Of a DNA stretch of 64,000 nucleotides, positions 1 to 9,931 are shown in pieces (the stretch's first letter is position 1; the number at the start of each line of letters is the position of its first letter). The notes under the pieces were generated by a model. It was not told the origin of the DNA, searched no databases, and was given only the letters and a program-made list of their open reading frames with translations. Made by a program: the position numbers and the translations under genes. This stretch comes from Escherichia coli (GTDB lineage: Bacteria; Pseudomonadota; Gammaproteobacteria; Enterobacterales; Enterobacteriaceae). The stretch lies in the NCBI RefSeq assembly GCF_013122565.1, contig NZ_CP053258.1. The stretch is one strand, 5' to 3'.

Positions 1-11
1 CCTCAGAGAAT

Positions 12-824
12 TCAGATGTAGGAAGGGCGATCGTTTTTCGGTGTATCGCCAAGAGTCGAAAGCACGGTTTTACCGATTTCGCGTGCGGAGATGACCGCCT
101 GGCGGACTGCGCCGGAGTCACCCGAGATAATCAGAATGACTTCATTGCTGTAGCTGGTGCCTTGAGCGGGGGAGCTGTATGCCACAACATCCACATTGGC
201 GGACTTCAGCGCGGTGTCGGCCATCAGAACACCCACAGCAGCCGGAGCGCCGACAATAACGCCGCAAGCCCGTCCCAATGGTGCACCAAACGCTTTTTCC
301 AGTGCATAGCTGGCGCGGGCGGTATATTGCAGCTCAAGATGTCCGGCTTCGTTGGCATAGACATCGCCAAAGGTCCGATCGAGTTCTTTCAGGGCGACTT
401 CAATACCGCGTTTCACGTCGGAAACATCGTTGCCACCTAAGAGGATCAATGAGCCATGCCCGGCACCGCCTTTAGTATCGCGAGGAAGTTCAATGCTAAT
501 AACTTCAGTGTTGGTGGCTTTTACCGCTTCATCAGCGGCCATAATGTGTGGCCCTGCGCCAATACGCGCACCCAGAATGCCAATGGAACGATAGCGTTTT
601 TCAAGTTTCATCGCGTCCAACAGGGCGCTATCAACGTTCGCAATGACCAGACCTACAGTGTCGCCAATAGCGGTGCCAACAAATTCTGTTAACGTGCAGC
701 TTTTTTCTGCCATAGCCGTCTCTCGTATTTGATGAGTGGTTTTCGGGAGAACCTCATGCTCTGGCGTCGCTACGCGAGCGATGACCTGCGCCATGATCTG
801 TTCGACCAGTTCATTGCTGCTCAT
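12..824 (-). CDS. pduB: Propanediol-utilisation microcompartment shell protein PduB (BMC tandem-domain)
   Basis: 270-aa ORF with N-terminus [14 protein letters not shown], typical PduB; immediately downstream of pduA on the same strand. Confidence 0.85.
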   Translation of the reverse strand: MSSNELVEQIMAQVIARVATPEHEVLPKTTHQIRETAMAEKSCTLTEFVGTAIGDTVGLVIANVDSALLDAMKLEKRYRSIGILGARIGAGPHIMAADEAVKATNTEVISIELPRDTKGGAGHGSLILLGGNDVSDVKRGIEVALKELDRTFGDVYANEAGHLELQYTARASYALEKAFGAPLGRACGVIVGAPAAVGVLMADTALKSANVDVVAYSSPAQGTSYSNEVILIISGDSGAVRQAVISAREIGKTVLSTLGDTPKNDRPSYI

Positions 825-1105
825 GGGTTAATTCCCTTTGGTAAGATTTTTTCGACATCGGTATGTGGTCGGGGAATAACGTGTACGGCTTTTACTTCGC
901 CGACGTTACGCGCAGCTGCGGCACCTGCGTCTGTTGCCGCTTTTACCGCCCCGACATCACCACGAACGATGACGGTCACCAGCCCGGAACCTATTTTTTC
1001 GTAGCCGACCAGCAAAACATTTGCTGACTTCACCATGGCGTCTGCGGCCTCTATGGCGGCAGTTAAGCCTTTGGTTTCTACCATTCCTAACGCTTCTTGT
1101 TGCAT
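821..1105 (-). CDS. pduA: Propanediol-utilisation microcompartment shell protein PduA (BMC domain)
   Basis: 94-aa [33 protein letters not shown], the canonical BMC-domain shell protein; first gene of a minus-strand operon divergent from pduF. Confidence 0.9.
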   Translation of the reverse strand: MQQEALGMVETKGLTAAIEAADAMVKSANVLLVGYEKIGSGLVTVIVRGDVGAVKAATDAGAAAARNVGEVKAVHVIPRPHTDVEKILPKGINP

Positions 1106-1617
1106 AAAGACCTCGTCTGGATTTTTTTGACGATATGACTATAAAAAAAAGCGAGGAAAAAGAATGGCTGACTTAATCGGCTAATGAGAAAAATTAATAG
1201 AGGGCAAATATTATAAAATTGCTTTTATGAACTATATGTTGTTAATTTATTAGTTGTTTTGTGGATATTTCAATGTGAATTAATTGCGTTGGCTGAGGAG
1301 GTTAATCGCGGATAAAATTTCGTTGGGTTTGGTTCGCGGAAGGGAATTGTGATATTTGTTTAAATTTTATTATATCATGATGACAATTTTTTATTGTAAA
1401 AGCTTGGCGGTAATTATTACTTTCAACACTGATTAACGCTGTGTTGCATGATTCTGCAATGACAATAATTTGTTATCTTAGCACGATTTTTACACGAGTC
1501 TGTCATGCATGTTGGCAATATTTTCTGCAGAGCAATTTTTTATAGTTGCGCTCGGTATACACAACAATCAGCGCATAGTTGGCTGATAAAGAAAAACTCC
1601 GTAAAGAAGGTGTCACT
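1106..1617. promoter_or_regulatory. Divergent pdu / pduF-pocR control region
   Basis: 512-bp AT-rich non-coding spacer between divergent pduA and pduF starts; in Salmonella this region holds PocR-dependent promoters (established knowledge); no motif confirmed here. Confidence 0.5.
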
Positions 1618-2427
1618 ATGAATGATTCACTCAAGGCGCAATGCGTTGCCGAGTTTTTGGGCACTGGACTGTTCCTCTTTTTTGGCATTGGTTGTTTGTG
1701 CGCCCTGAAAGTTGCCGGGGCAAGTCTGGGACTGTGGGAAATTTGTATCATTTGGGGGTTAGGGATTTCGCTTGCTGTTTACCTTACGGCAGGTATTTCC
1801 GGCGCTCATCTTAACCCGGCTGTTACCATTGCTCTGTGGCTGTTTGCCTCTTTCCCAGCCCGTAAAGTGCTGCCATTTTGTGTGGCGCAATTAGCGGGTG
1901 CCTTTGGTGGTGCGGTTCTGGCATATTCTCTATACAGCAATTTGTTTATCGATTTTGAATCTGCTCACAATATGGTGCGTGGTAGTGCAGAAAGTTTACA
2001 ACTCGCCAGTATCTTCAGTACTTATCCGGCAGCGGCGATTAATGTATGGCAAGCTGCGTTGGTCGAAGTGGTCATAACGTCCATGTTAATGGGGTTGATT
2101 ATGGCGTTGACCGATGACGGTAATGGCGTACCCAAAGGACCGCTTGCGCCTTTACTTATTGGTATTCTGGTTGCTGTTATTGGTGCTTCTACCGGACCAT
2201 TAACCGGTTTTGCCATGAATCCAGCGCGTGATTTTGGACCTAAGATTTTCACCTGGCTTGCGGGGTGGGGGGAAATTGCGATGACTGGTGGACGCAATAT
2301 TCCTTATTTCATTGTACCCATTATTGCACCGATCATTGGGGCATGTGTTGGTGCGGCGATTTATCGCTATCTCATTGCAAAGAATTTACCTGTCAATAGT
2401 GTAACGCCTAAAGAAATTAGCGAATAA
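1618..2427 (+). CDS. pduF: Propanediol diffusion facilitator (aquaglyceroporin/MIP family)
   Basis: ORF with ATG at 1618 preceded by aaagaagg RBS; MIP-family hallmarks (two NPA motifs: HLNPAVT and NPARD); the ORF track starts at a TTG at 1579. Confidence 0.85.
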   Translation: MNDSLKAQCVAEFLGTGLFLFFGIGCLCALKVAGASLGLWEICIIWGLGISLAVYLTAGISGAHLNPAVTIALWLFASFPARKVLPFCVAQLAGAFGGAVLAYSLYSNLFIDFESAHNMVRGSAESLQLASIFSTYPAAAINVWQAALVEVVITSMLMGLIMALTDDGNGVPKGPLAPLLIGILVAVIGASTGPLTGFAMNPARDFGPKIFTWLAGWGEIAMTGGRNIPYFIVPIIAPIIGACVGAAIYRYLIAKNLPVNSVTPKEISE

Positions 2428-2629
2428 CGAAATACTCTGGCAGTTATAAACGTTTATTTTTTTACTGTTTGTGATCTGCTTTCCGAACTTATTAAAAAGT
2501 CTCCCGCTTCACGGAGGCTTTTGTTATTGTCCTTTGTGCTTCTCGTCAGTAAATCATCAGGGATGATGTGAAGATTAAATGTAAAACAATTGTTTTGCTA
2601 TAACAATAAATTAACTGGGAGGTTTTATC

Positions 2630-3544
2630 ATGATTTCTGCGGCGACACTTAATTCAGAACTCATTAATAAAATCGCGCAGGATTTTGCGCAGGCGACCAG
2701 CCTTGCGGTTGTCGTGGTCAATATTCACGGCGATGAAATTTCCGAGCTGTTTAACTTCACTCCATTTTGTCAGATGATGCGGCAACACCCTCAGCTAAGC
2801 ACTCGATGTCGCATGAGTGATCGTTGTGGGGGCCTGGAAGCCTCTAAGTCCGATCAGCCTTGTATTTATCGCTGTCATGCCGGATTAACCGATTTCTCTA
2901 TTCCTCTGGTAATCGCCGGACATTTAGTTGGTTTTGTATTGTGCGGGCAAGTTCGTCTGCGTAATGATGATGTCGATTTGGTTGATATTCTGAATGTCGA
3001 TGATTGCTGGCAGGCAGATCCCGAATTACTTAATGAATTCCGCAAAGTCCCTGAGATGGATTACTCAAGAGTTATGGCCTCTGCTGATTTGTTGAAGTTG
3101 ATTGTGGAAAATTGCCTCAAAAAACAACTCAATTTTGTGGTTATTAAAGAAAACAAATCTCAGTCAGATTCGGTGCGCCAGACTCGTGCGCCTAATCCCC
3201 ACGACAATAAAATGAAAAAAGCTTTACGCTATATTGATGCACATTTATCAGACGATTTGCGTCTGGAGGATGTCGCCTCACATGTTTACCTAAGCCCTTA
3301 TTATTTCAGTAAGTTATTTAAGAAATACCATGGAATCGGGTTTAATGCGTGGGTAAACCAACAACGGATGGCCAGCGCTCGTGAGTTACTGTGCCATAGC
3401 GACTGGAGCATCGCCAGCATTGCGCGTAATTTAGGTTTTTCCCAAACCAGTTATTTTTGCAAAGTTTTCCGTCAGACTTATCAGGTTACGCCGCAGGTGT
3501 ATCGGCAGCAAGTGAATGAAAATGCGGCGATGGAAATGGTATAG
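2630..3544 (+). CDS. pocR: AraC-family transcriptional activator of pdu/cob regulon
   Basis: 304-aa ORF with C-terminal AraC-type HTH; position between pduF and the cob leader matches the Salmonella pocR arrangement. Confidence 0.85.
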   Translation: MISAATLNSELINKIAQDFAQATSLAVVVVNIHGDEISELFNFTPFCQMMRQHPQLSTRCRMSDRCGGLEASKSDQPCIYRCHAGLTDFSIPLVIAGHLVGFVLCGQVRLRNDDVDLVDILNVDDCWQADPELLNEFRKVPEMDYSRVMASADLLKLIVENCLKKQLNFVVIKENKSQSDSVRQTRAPNPHDNKMKKALRYIDAHLSDDLRLEDVASHVYLSPYYFSKLFKKYHGIGFNAWVNQQRMASARELLCHSDWSIASIARNLGFSQTSYFCKVFRQTYQVTPQVYRQQVNENAAMEMV

Positions 3545-3649
3545 AGTAAATGCCCCAAAAAAAGAGGACGGTTTAAATAAACTCTGGAATGAATAATTAA
3601 CGTTATTTACCTGTTATGGGAAAAGTAAAATCAGCTCATAACATACGCT

Positions 3650-3860
3650 GACAGGTGTGGCACATTTGTGCCTGGGAAGAGGGTGAAAATCCCTCGCAGC
3701 CCCCGCTGCTGTAATGCTGACAAACCCGAAAATGCCACTGATCGCGAGATTGGGAAGGTCGGGAGAGGATGACGCTAAGCCAGAAGACCAGTCTGTCAGT
3801 CAATACCAACAACTTCGGTGGGAAGTGGGTTGCCCGGAAGCGTTCGGTAGAGTACAGGCG
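3650..3860 (+). promoter_or_regulatory. Cobalamin (B12) riboswitch, cob-operon leader type
   Basis: Conserved elements read directly: cctgggaaga, ggtgaaaatccc, gcagcccccgctgctgtaa, aatgccactg, and a B12-box-like aagccagaagaccagtc at about 3776-3795; boundaries approximate. Confidence 0.7.
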
Positions 3861-4028
3861 CGTCTTTATACCCCTACCACCCTGAAAGGATCAGGGTATG
3901 GCGGCATCATTTAGTTCTTTCATCGCAGTGCCGACAGGCACCAGGGATGCATTCAAGGTGTGGCAATATTGTTTCATGGCTTATCAACCAGAGCGCCATT
4001 ACAGGAAATTAAGTGGAGGGCGAGAGGC

Positions 4029-4466
4029 ATGAAAACGATAAAACCCGAATCGATAGCTCTTTTTTGCCTCTTATCTGGAGATGTGGATCTGGCGAAACAT
4101 CTGGCGGAAATATTGCCAATAACCTGTTTTGTTGGTGAGGACTGGCAGCAAGATTTCCAGCCTCTTAACGGTGGGCCTGTGCAATCGTTATCAGATGCGT
4201 ATAGCGATTATTCAGTGCTGCTATTGATAGCAGCTGAAAGCGAGATATCCGTACCAGAATGGCTCGCTCATTCTGAGGGAACGACGGTAATTTTGATTGC
4301 AGAACACAATGCCCGTTTACTGACTGGTCCGGCTGGTGGGGCTGTAGCATTAATCCATTATCTGAATGAAATCTGTCATTCCAGAGAAACCGCTGTCAAT
4401 GACGCATTTTGTCATACGTTAACACGAGGAAGTCGGGCTATTCCACAATGCCATCTTCTTTCGTAA
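4029..4466 (+). CDS. Hypothetical protein, about 145 aa, downstream of the B12 riboswitch at the position where cbiA would lie
   Basis: ORF 3960..4466 in the track (GTG start); internal ATG at 4029 has a good RBS (ggaggg about 8 nt upstream); no family recognised. Confidence 0.45.
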   Translation: MKTIKPESIALFCLLSGDVDLAKHLAEILPITCFVGEDWQQDFQPLNGGPVQSLSDAYSDYSVLLLIAAESEISVPEWLAHSEGTTVILIAEHNARLLTGPAGGAVALIHYLNEICHSRETAVNDAFCHTLTRGSRAIPQCHLLS

Positions 4467-4599
4467 TGGATTGAGAATGCTGGATTTTTAATTATATTAC
4501 GCGCAGTATTAATCGTGTAAATGTTTTGCGGTCAGCAACGGTGGGGGATCCATTGTTCTGTTCAATGAATACCATCATACAATTGAATCAGGAGTCGGT

Positions 4600-5145
4600 A
4601 TGATGATTTTGGTGACGGGGGGCGCACGGAGCGGGAAGAGTCGCCACGCAGAGGCGCTTATTGGGAACTCTTCACAGGTTCTGTATATCGCCACCTCGCA
4701 AATCCTTGATGATGAGATGGCTGCACGGATAGAACATCATCGGCAAGGCCGTCCGGCGCATTGGCGCACGGTGGAGCGTTGGCAACATCTTGATGAATTA
4801 ATTCATGTAGACATTAACCCGCATGAAGCTGTGTTGCTGGAATGCGTTACCACAATGGTGACTAATCTGTTGTTTGATTATGGCGGCGATAAAGACCCTG
4901 ATGAATGGGATTATCAGGCGATGGAACAGGCGATTAATGCTGAGATTCAGTCGTTGATTGCCGCCTGCCAACGTTGCCCCGCAAAGGTTGTATTAGTGAC
5001 TAACGAAGTGGGAATGGGGATTGTGCCGGAGAGTCGTCTGGCACGACATTTTCGTGATATTGCCGGGCGGGTAAATCAGCAGCTGGCCGCTGCGGCAAAT
5101 GAAGTATGGCTGGTGGTTTCGGGTATTGGAGTAAAAATCAAATGA
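4600..5145 (+). CDS. cobU: Adenosylcobinamide kinase / adenosylcobinamide-phosphate guanylyltransferase
   Basis: 181 aa, [15 protein letters not shown]-loop N-terminus; matches CobU. Confidence 0.95.
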   Translation: MMILVTGGARSGKSRHAEALIGNSSQVLYIATSQILDDEMAARIEHHRQGRPAHWRTVERWQHLDELIHVDINPHEAVLLECVTTMVTNLLFDYGGDKDPDEWDYQAMEQAINAEIQSLIAACQRCPAKVVLVTNEVGMGIVPESRLARHFRDIAGRVNQQLAAAANEVWLVVSGIGVKIK

Positions 5146-5885
5146 GTAAATTATTTTGGGCGATGCTCTCATTTATTACGCGTCTGCCTGTACCGCGTCG
5201 CTGGTCCCAGGGACTGGATTTCGAGCATTATTCTCGCGGTATTATTACTTTTCCTTTAATTGGATTATTGCTTGGCGCGATTAGCGGGCTGGTCTTCACG
5301 GTGCTGCAGGCATGGTGTGGCGTACCACTGGCGGCACTGTTTAGCGTGCTTGTGCTGGCGCTGATGACCGGGGGATTCCACCTGGACGGCCTCGCCGATA
5401 CCTGTGATGGCGTATTTTCTGCACGTAGCCGCGATCGCATGTTGGAAATCATGCGTGATAGCCGTTTAGGCACCCACGGCGGTCTGGCATTGATTTTTGT
5501 TGTACTGGCAAAGATTCTGGTGTTAAGCGAGTTGGCTCTGCGTGGCGAACCGATCCTTGCATCGCTGGCGGCAGCATGTGCGGTCAGCCGCGGGACTGCC
5601 GCATTATTGATGTATCGTCATCGTTATGCCCGGGAAGAAGGGCTTGGCAATGTGTTCATTGGCAAAATTGATGGGCGACAAACCTGCGTCACACTCGGCT
5701 TAGCCGCTATTTTTGCTGCCGTATTATTGCCGGGTATGCATGGTGTGGCTGCTATGGTGGTGACGGTGGTGGCGATTTTCATCCTCGGTCAGCTTCTCAA
5801 ACGTACGCTGGGCGGGCAAACCGGCGATACGCTGGGAGCTGCTATAGAGCTTGGTGAACTGGTCTTCCTGCTGGCACTGCTATAA
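5142..5885 (+). CDS. cobS: Cobalamin (5'-phosphate) synthase
   Basis: Start trimmed to [16 protein letters not shown] (ATG at 5142, overlapping the cobU stop); polytopic membrane protein. Confidence 0.9.
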   Translation: MSKLFWAMLSFITRLPVPRRWSQGLDFEHYSRGIITFPLIGLLLGAISGLVFTVLQAWCGVPLAALFSVLVLALMTGGFHLDGLADTCDGVFSARSRDRMLEIMRDSRLGTHGGLALIFVVLAKILVLSELALRGEPILASLAAACAVSRGTAALLMYRHRYAREEGLGNVFIGKIDGRQTCVTLGLAAIFAAVLLPGMHGVAAMVVTVVAIFILGQLLKRTLGGQTGDTLGAAIELGELVFLLALL

Positions 5886-5896
5886 AGAGACGTGAC

Positions 5897-6976
5897 ATGC
5901 AAACACTTGCCGATTTACTGAATACGATCCCTGCTATCGATCCTGCCGCTATGTCGCGTGCACAACGGCATATTGACGGGTTACTCAAACCTGTTGGTAG
6001 CCTTGGAAGGCTGGAGGCGCTTGCCATACAACTGGCAGGAATGCCGGGGTTGAATGGCATACCGTATGTGGGCAAAAAAGCGGTACTGGTTATGTGTGCC
6101 GATCACGGCGTCTGGGAGGAAGGGGTCGCTATTTCCCCAAAAGAAGTGACAGCCATTCAGGCTGAAAATATGACCCGCGGAACAACCGGCGTGTGTGTGC
6201 TGGCAGCACAAGCGGGCGCTAACGTCCACGTAATTGATGTTGGTATTGATACTGTTGAACCTATCCCCGGGCTTATCAACATGCGTGTCGCACGAGGTAG
6301 CGGCAATATTGCTTCAGCTCCGGCAATGAGTCGCCGTCAGGCTGAAAAGTTGCTTTTGGACGTCATATGTTATACGCGGGAGCTGGCAAAAAACGGTGTC
6401 ACGCTGTTTGGTGTAGGTGAACTGGGGATGGCAAACACGACACCGGCAGCGGCAATAGTCAGCACAATCACTGGCCGGGATCCTGAAGAAGTGGTTGGGA
6501 TTGGCGCAAACCTGCCGACAGATAAACTGGCTAATAAAATTGATGTTGTGCGCCGGGCGATTACGTTGAATCAACCAAATCCGCAGGATGGCGTTGATGT
6601 TCTGGCAAAAGTGGGGGGATTTGATTTGGTCGGAATGGCTGGCGTGATGTTAGGCGCTGCTTCCTGCGGTTTACCCGTGTTGCTGGATGGATTTCTTTCT
6701 TATGCTGCTGCGCTCGCAGCCTGCCAGATGTCTCCTGCAATCAAACCGTATCTCATTCCTTCTCACCTGTCGGCAGAAAAAGGGGCGCGTATAGCGCTGT
6801 CGCATTTGGGGCTGGAGCCTTATCTCAATATGGATATGCGTTTAGGTGAGGGGAGTGGCGCAGCTCTGGCGATGCCCATCATCGAAGCTGCTTGTGCGAT
6901 ATACAACAACATGGGCGAACTTGCTGCCAGTAATATTGTTCTACCGGGGAAAACGTCTTCTGATTTGAACAGTTAA
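5897..6976 (+). CDS. cobT: Nicotinate-nucleotide--dimethylbenzimidazole phosphoribosyltransferase
   Basis: 359 aa, [19 protein letters not shown]; third gene of cobUST. Confidence 0.95.
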   Translation: MQTLADLLNTIPAIDPAAMSRAQRHIDGLLKPVGSLGRLEALAIQLAGMPGLNGIPYVGKKAVLVMCADHGVWEEGVAISPKEVTAIQAENMTRGTTGVCVLAAQAGANVHVIDVGIDTVEPIPGLINMRVARGSGNIASAPAMSRRQAEKLLLDVICYTRELAKNGVTLFGVGELGMANTTPAAAIVSTITGRDPEEVVGIGANLPTDKLANKIDVVRRAITLNQPNPQDGVDVLAKVGGFDLVGMAGVMLGAASCGLPVLLDGFLSYAAALAACQMSPAIKPYLIPSHLSAEKGARIALSHLGLEPYLNMDMRLGEGSGAALAMPIIEAACAIYNNMGELAASNIVLPGKTSSDLNS

Positions 6977-7037
6977 AAACGAAAAGTCTGATAAAAGCTA
7001 TACTTAACGAACAGCTTTCGCGACTTAGGAAAGGGAC

Positions 7038-7964
7038 ATGATGCGTCGTGTAAATATTCTTTGCTCATTTGCTCTGCTTTTTGCCAGCCATACTAGCCTG
7101 GCGGTAACCTATCCATTACCTCCAGAGGGTAGCCGTTTAGTGGGGCAGTCGCTTACTGTAACTGTTCCTGATCACAATACCCAGCCGCTGGAGACTTTTG
7201 CCGCACAATACGGGCAAGGGTTAAGTAACATGCTTGAAGCGAACCCGGGCGCTGATGTTTTTTTGCCGAAGTCTGGCTCGCAACTCACCATTCCGCAGCA
7301 ACTGATTTTGCCCGCCACTGTTCGTAAAGGGATTGTGGTTAACGTCGCTGAGATGCGTCTTTATTACTACCCGCCAGACAGTAATACTGTGGAAGTCTTT
7401 CCTATTGGTATCGGCCAGGCTGGGCGAGAAACCCCGCGTAACTGGGTGACTACCGTTGAACGTAAACAAGAAGCACCAACCTGGACGCCAACGCCGAACA
7501 CTCGGCGCGAATATGCGAAACGAGGGGAGAGTTTGCCCGCATTTGTTCCTGCGGGGCCCGATAATCCCATGGGGCTGTACGCGATTTATATTGGCAGGTT
7601 GTATGCCATCCATGGTACCAATGCCAATTTTGGTATTGGACTTCGGGTAAGTCAGGGCTGTATTCGTCTGCGCAATGACGATATCAAGTATCTGTTTGAT
7701 AATGTTCCTGTAGGTACTCGTGTGCAAATTATCGACCAGCCAGTAAAATACACCACTGAACCAGATGGCTCGAACTGGCTGGAAGTTCATGAGCCGCTGT
7801 CGCGCAATCGTGCAGAATATGAGTCTGACCGAAAAGTGCCATTGCCTGTAACCCCATCTTTGCGGGCGTTTATCAACGGGCAAGAAGTTGATGTGAATCG
7901 CGCAAATGCTGCGTTGCAACGACGATCGGGAATGCCTGTGAATATCAACCGTAACGGATTTTGA
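7038..7964 (+). CDS. ldtA: L,D-transpeptidase (YkuD domain)
   Basis: 308 aa with signal peptide and catalytic-region motif [20 protein letters not shown]; synteny next to cobT as for erfK/ldtA. Confidence 0.9.
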   Translation: MMRRVNILCSFALLFASHTSLAVTYPLPPEGSRLVGQSLTVTVPDHNTQPLETFAAQYGQGLSNMLEANPGADVFLPKSGSQLTIPQQLILPATVRKGIVVNVAEMRLYYYPPDSNTVEVFPIGIGQAGRETPRNWVTTVERKQEAPTWTPTPNTRREYAKRGESLPAFVPAGPDNPMGLYAIYIGRLYAIHGTNANFGIGLRVSQGCIRLRNDDIKYLFDNVPVGTRVQIIDQPVKYTTEPDGSNWLEVHEPLSRNRAEYESDRKVPLPVTPSLRAFINGQEVDVNRANAALQRRSGMPVNINRNGF

Positions 7965-8125
7965 CATTCAAAACGTCTGGTTTTTCGGTCTGAGTAAGCA
8001 TTACGTCATGCAGAACAGGTTGTTTCGAATCATACAAATCATAATTTTCTTCTCATATGCGCATCTCTTATGAGCATAATCGTTATACTCTTCTGATTTA
8101 TACATGTTTGCTGATGACATGATCA

Positions 8126-9103
8126 ATGGAAAAGAGAATGACGAAACAGAAAAAAAACAGCCGCTGGCAGGGTTACGATCCTCGCTACATATACTCGCTC
8201 GTGGTCAGACGTTATTTTGCGGATATGAAAACCAAGATTGAGATTGCAGAGGAGCTTGGCGTTTCCCGCTTTAAAGTTGCCAGATTGATCGATGAGGCGA
8301 TCGAACAGGATTACGTGAGGTTTATCTTCCCTAAGCAGCAAGCGATGGATGAAGAAATCGCCAATAATCTACGGAAAAAATTTCATCTGGAAGATGCAAT
8401 TGTTCTTTCAGTTGCTGAATCCTGGACGACGCAAGAAGAACTCAATCACAAATTGGGTGAAGTCACCGCTGAATATCTTATGCAATCTCTTCATGAAGGT
8501 ATGAAAGTGGGGATCGCCTGGGGACGTGTATTATCAAGCACGGTCAGTAAGTTGAGCAAGTTGCCTCCTTTAGACGTTGTGCAGTTATCTGGCGTACATC
8601 CGGGGATAGAGTTTAGTCAAGGGCCAATAGATCTTATTCATAAGATCGCTGCCATTTCGCAGGGAAAAGCGCACCCAATGTACGTGCCGATGTGGGTCGA
8701 TGACGAAGAGCTTGCTGCCAGACTGGCAGGTGATCCTGCGGTATTAGATACACAGCAATATTACTCACAGTTGGATGTGGTTATCACCGGGATAGGTGAC
8801 TGGAAATCAGGTTCTTCAAGCTTGTATAAAATATTTCCGGATACCTGGTGCGAAGCTTTGTTTCAACAAGATATCGCTGCGGATGTGTGTATCTCGTTGG
8901 TCAACAGGGAAGGGAAGATTCTTCATAGTCCTATTGAACGTCTGGGATTTGGCATTTCGACGGATCAACTACAAAAAGCCAAAAAAGTGATTGGTGTCGC
9001 TGGAGGAGAAGAAAAATATGAAGGCATTCTTGCTTCGCTGAAATCCGGACTTTTGAATGTCTTAATTACTGATTTTGATACGGCCATTAAACTTCTGGAT
9101 TAA
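8126..9103 (+). CDS. SorC/DeoR-family sugar-binding transcriptional regulator
   Basis: 325 aa; N-terminal HTH (IEIAEELGVSRFKVARLI) followed by a sugar-binding-like domain; true start may be 8138 (MTKQKK). Confidence 0.75.
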   Translation: MEKRMTKQKKNSRWQGYDPRYIYSLVVRRYFADMKTKIEIAEELGVSRFKVARLIDEAIEQDYVRFIFPKQQAMDEEIANNLRKKFHLEDAIVLSVAESWTTQEELNHKLGEVTAEYLMQSLHEGMKVGIAWGRVLSSTVSKLSKLPPLDVVQLSGVHPGIEFSQGPIDLIHKIAAISQGKAHPMYVPMWVDDEELAARLAGDPAVLDTQQYYSQLDVVITGIGDWKSGSSSLYKIFPDTWCEALFQQDIAADVCISLVNREGKILHSPIERLGFGISTDQLQKAKKVIGVAGGEEKYEGILASLKSGLLNVLITDFDTAIKLLD

Positions 9104-9154
9104 TAGCCATATCAGTGAAGAAAGGGCAGTACCGCTGATTCTGCCCTTTTAATT

Positions 9155-9613
9155 TCAGGATGCTGCGAGCGTATCCTCTACATATTTAGCCACGTGCGTT
9201 GCAGGTAAATTGCGGCAAGTCTCAACAAAGGCGTTATCCTGAAACAGTGTGAATAAACGACGCAATATCGACATATGTTGATCACTGGTGGCAAATGCCA
9301 GGTTAAACATAATGCTACAATCAACTGTTAAATCAGCATCTTCCATTTGCCCGAAAGTGACATCATTGGCGAAACGAACAATACTGATACTGTTTACATT
9401 TACCAGCGTGTAATCGGCATGGGGAATGGCGATACCCTGACCGTTTGCCATCATTAGTCCTGTCGGATAGCTTTTTTCACGTTCCAGGCAGGCGTCAATG
9501 TATTCTGCAGTGATGTAGCCTTTTTCCAATAATTGCGTACCGGCAAAGGTGATCGCAGTTTGATAGTCACTGATGCTGTTATCAACATCATTCACCAGAA
9601 TTTCAAGTTTCAT
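9155..9613 (-). CDS. PTS EIIA component (fructose/mannitol/galactitol type, EIIA-2)
   Basis: 152 aa with phospho-His region GQGIAIPHADY; last gene of a minus-strand PTS operon. Confidence 0.8.
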   Translation of the reverse strand: MKLEILVNDVDNSISDYQTAITFAGTQLLEKGYITAEYIDACLEREKSYPTGLMMANGQGIAIPHADYTLVNVNSISIVRFANDVTFGQMEDADLTVDCSIMFNLAFATSDQHMSILRRLFTLFQDNAFVETCRNLPATHVAKYVEDTLAAS

Positions 9614-9623
9614 TGCACACCTG

Positions 9624-9908
9624 TTATTTCAACATCTCTTCTTTAACTGCAGCGAAAATCTCATCTTCGCCCAGACCTGTCAGTAATCCAGCGCCAACGA
9701 TGACACGAGTAGTAATGGCCGGGTTATCGAGTTTGGTCGATGAAACCACCAGGTCATAGCTGTTGAAGGTATCGCTGGTGCATGCCATTAACGAAGATTT
9801 ATCGACTTGCGCTTCAATTTTCTCTTCTTTCAGGAAGTCCTGCAGTACAGAGACCATGATGGAAGATGAGGCAATTCCGTTTCCGCAAACTACTAAGATT
9901 TTTTTCAT
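9624..9908 (-). CDS. PTS EIIB component (galactitol/ascorbate-type)
   Basis: 94 aa, MKKILVVCGNGIASSS with the phospho-Cys motif. Confidence 0.8.
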   Translation of the reverse strand: MKKILVVCGNGIASSSIMVSVLQDFLKEEKIEAQVDKSSLMACTSDTFNSYDLVVSSTKLDNPAITTRVIVGAGLLTGLGEDEIFAAVKEEMLK

Positions 9909-9931
9909 TTGATTATTCCTCTGTAAAAGAT

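Noticed and set aside
1503-1751. 82-aa minus-strand ORF in the pduA-pduF control region
   Set aside because: Overlaps the pduF start antisense and sits in a promoter-dense spacer
3714-3914. 66-aa plus-strand ORF
   Set aside because: Lies within the riboswitch leader structure; more parsimoniously non-coding RNA
7221-7967. 248-aa minus-strand ORF
   Set aside because: Fully antisense to ldtA, which has a recognisable signal peptide and catalytic motif; Arg/Ser-rich translation typical of a shadow ORF
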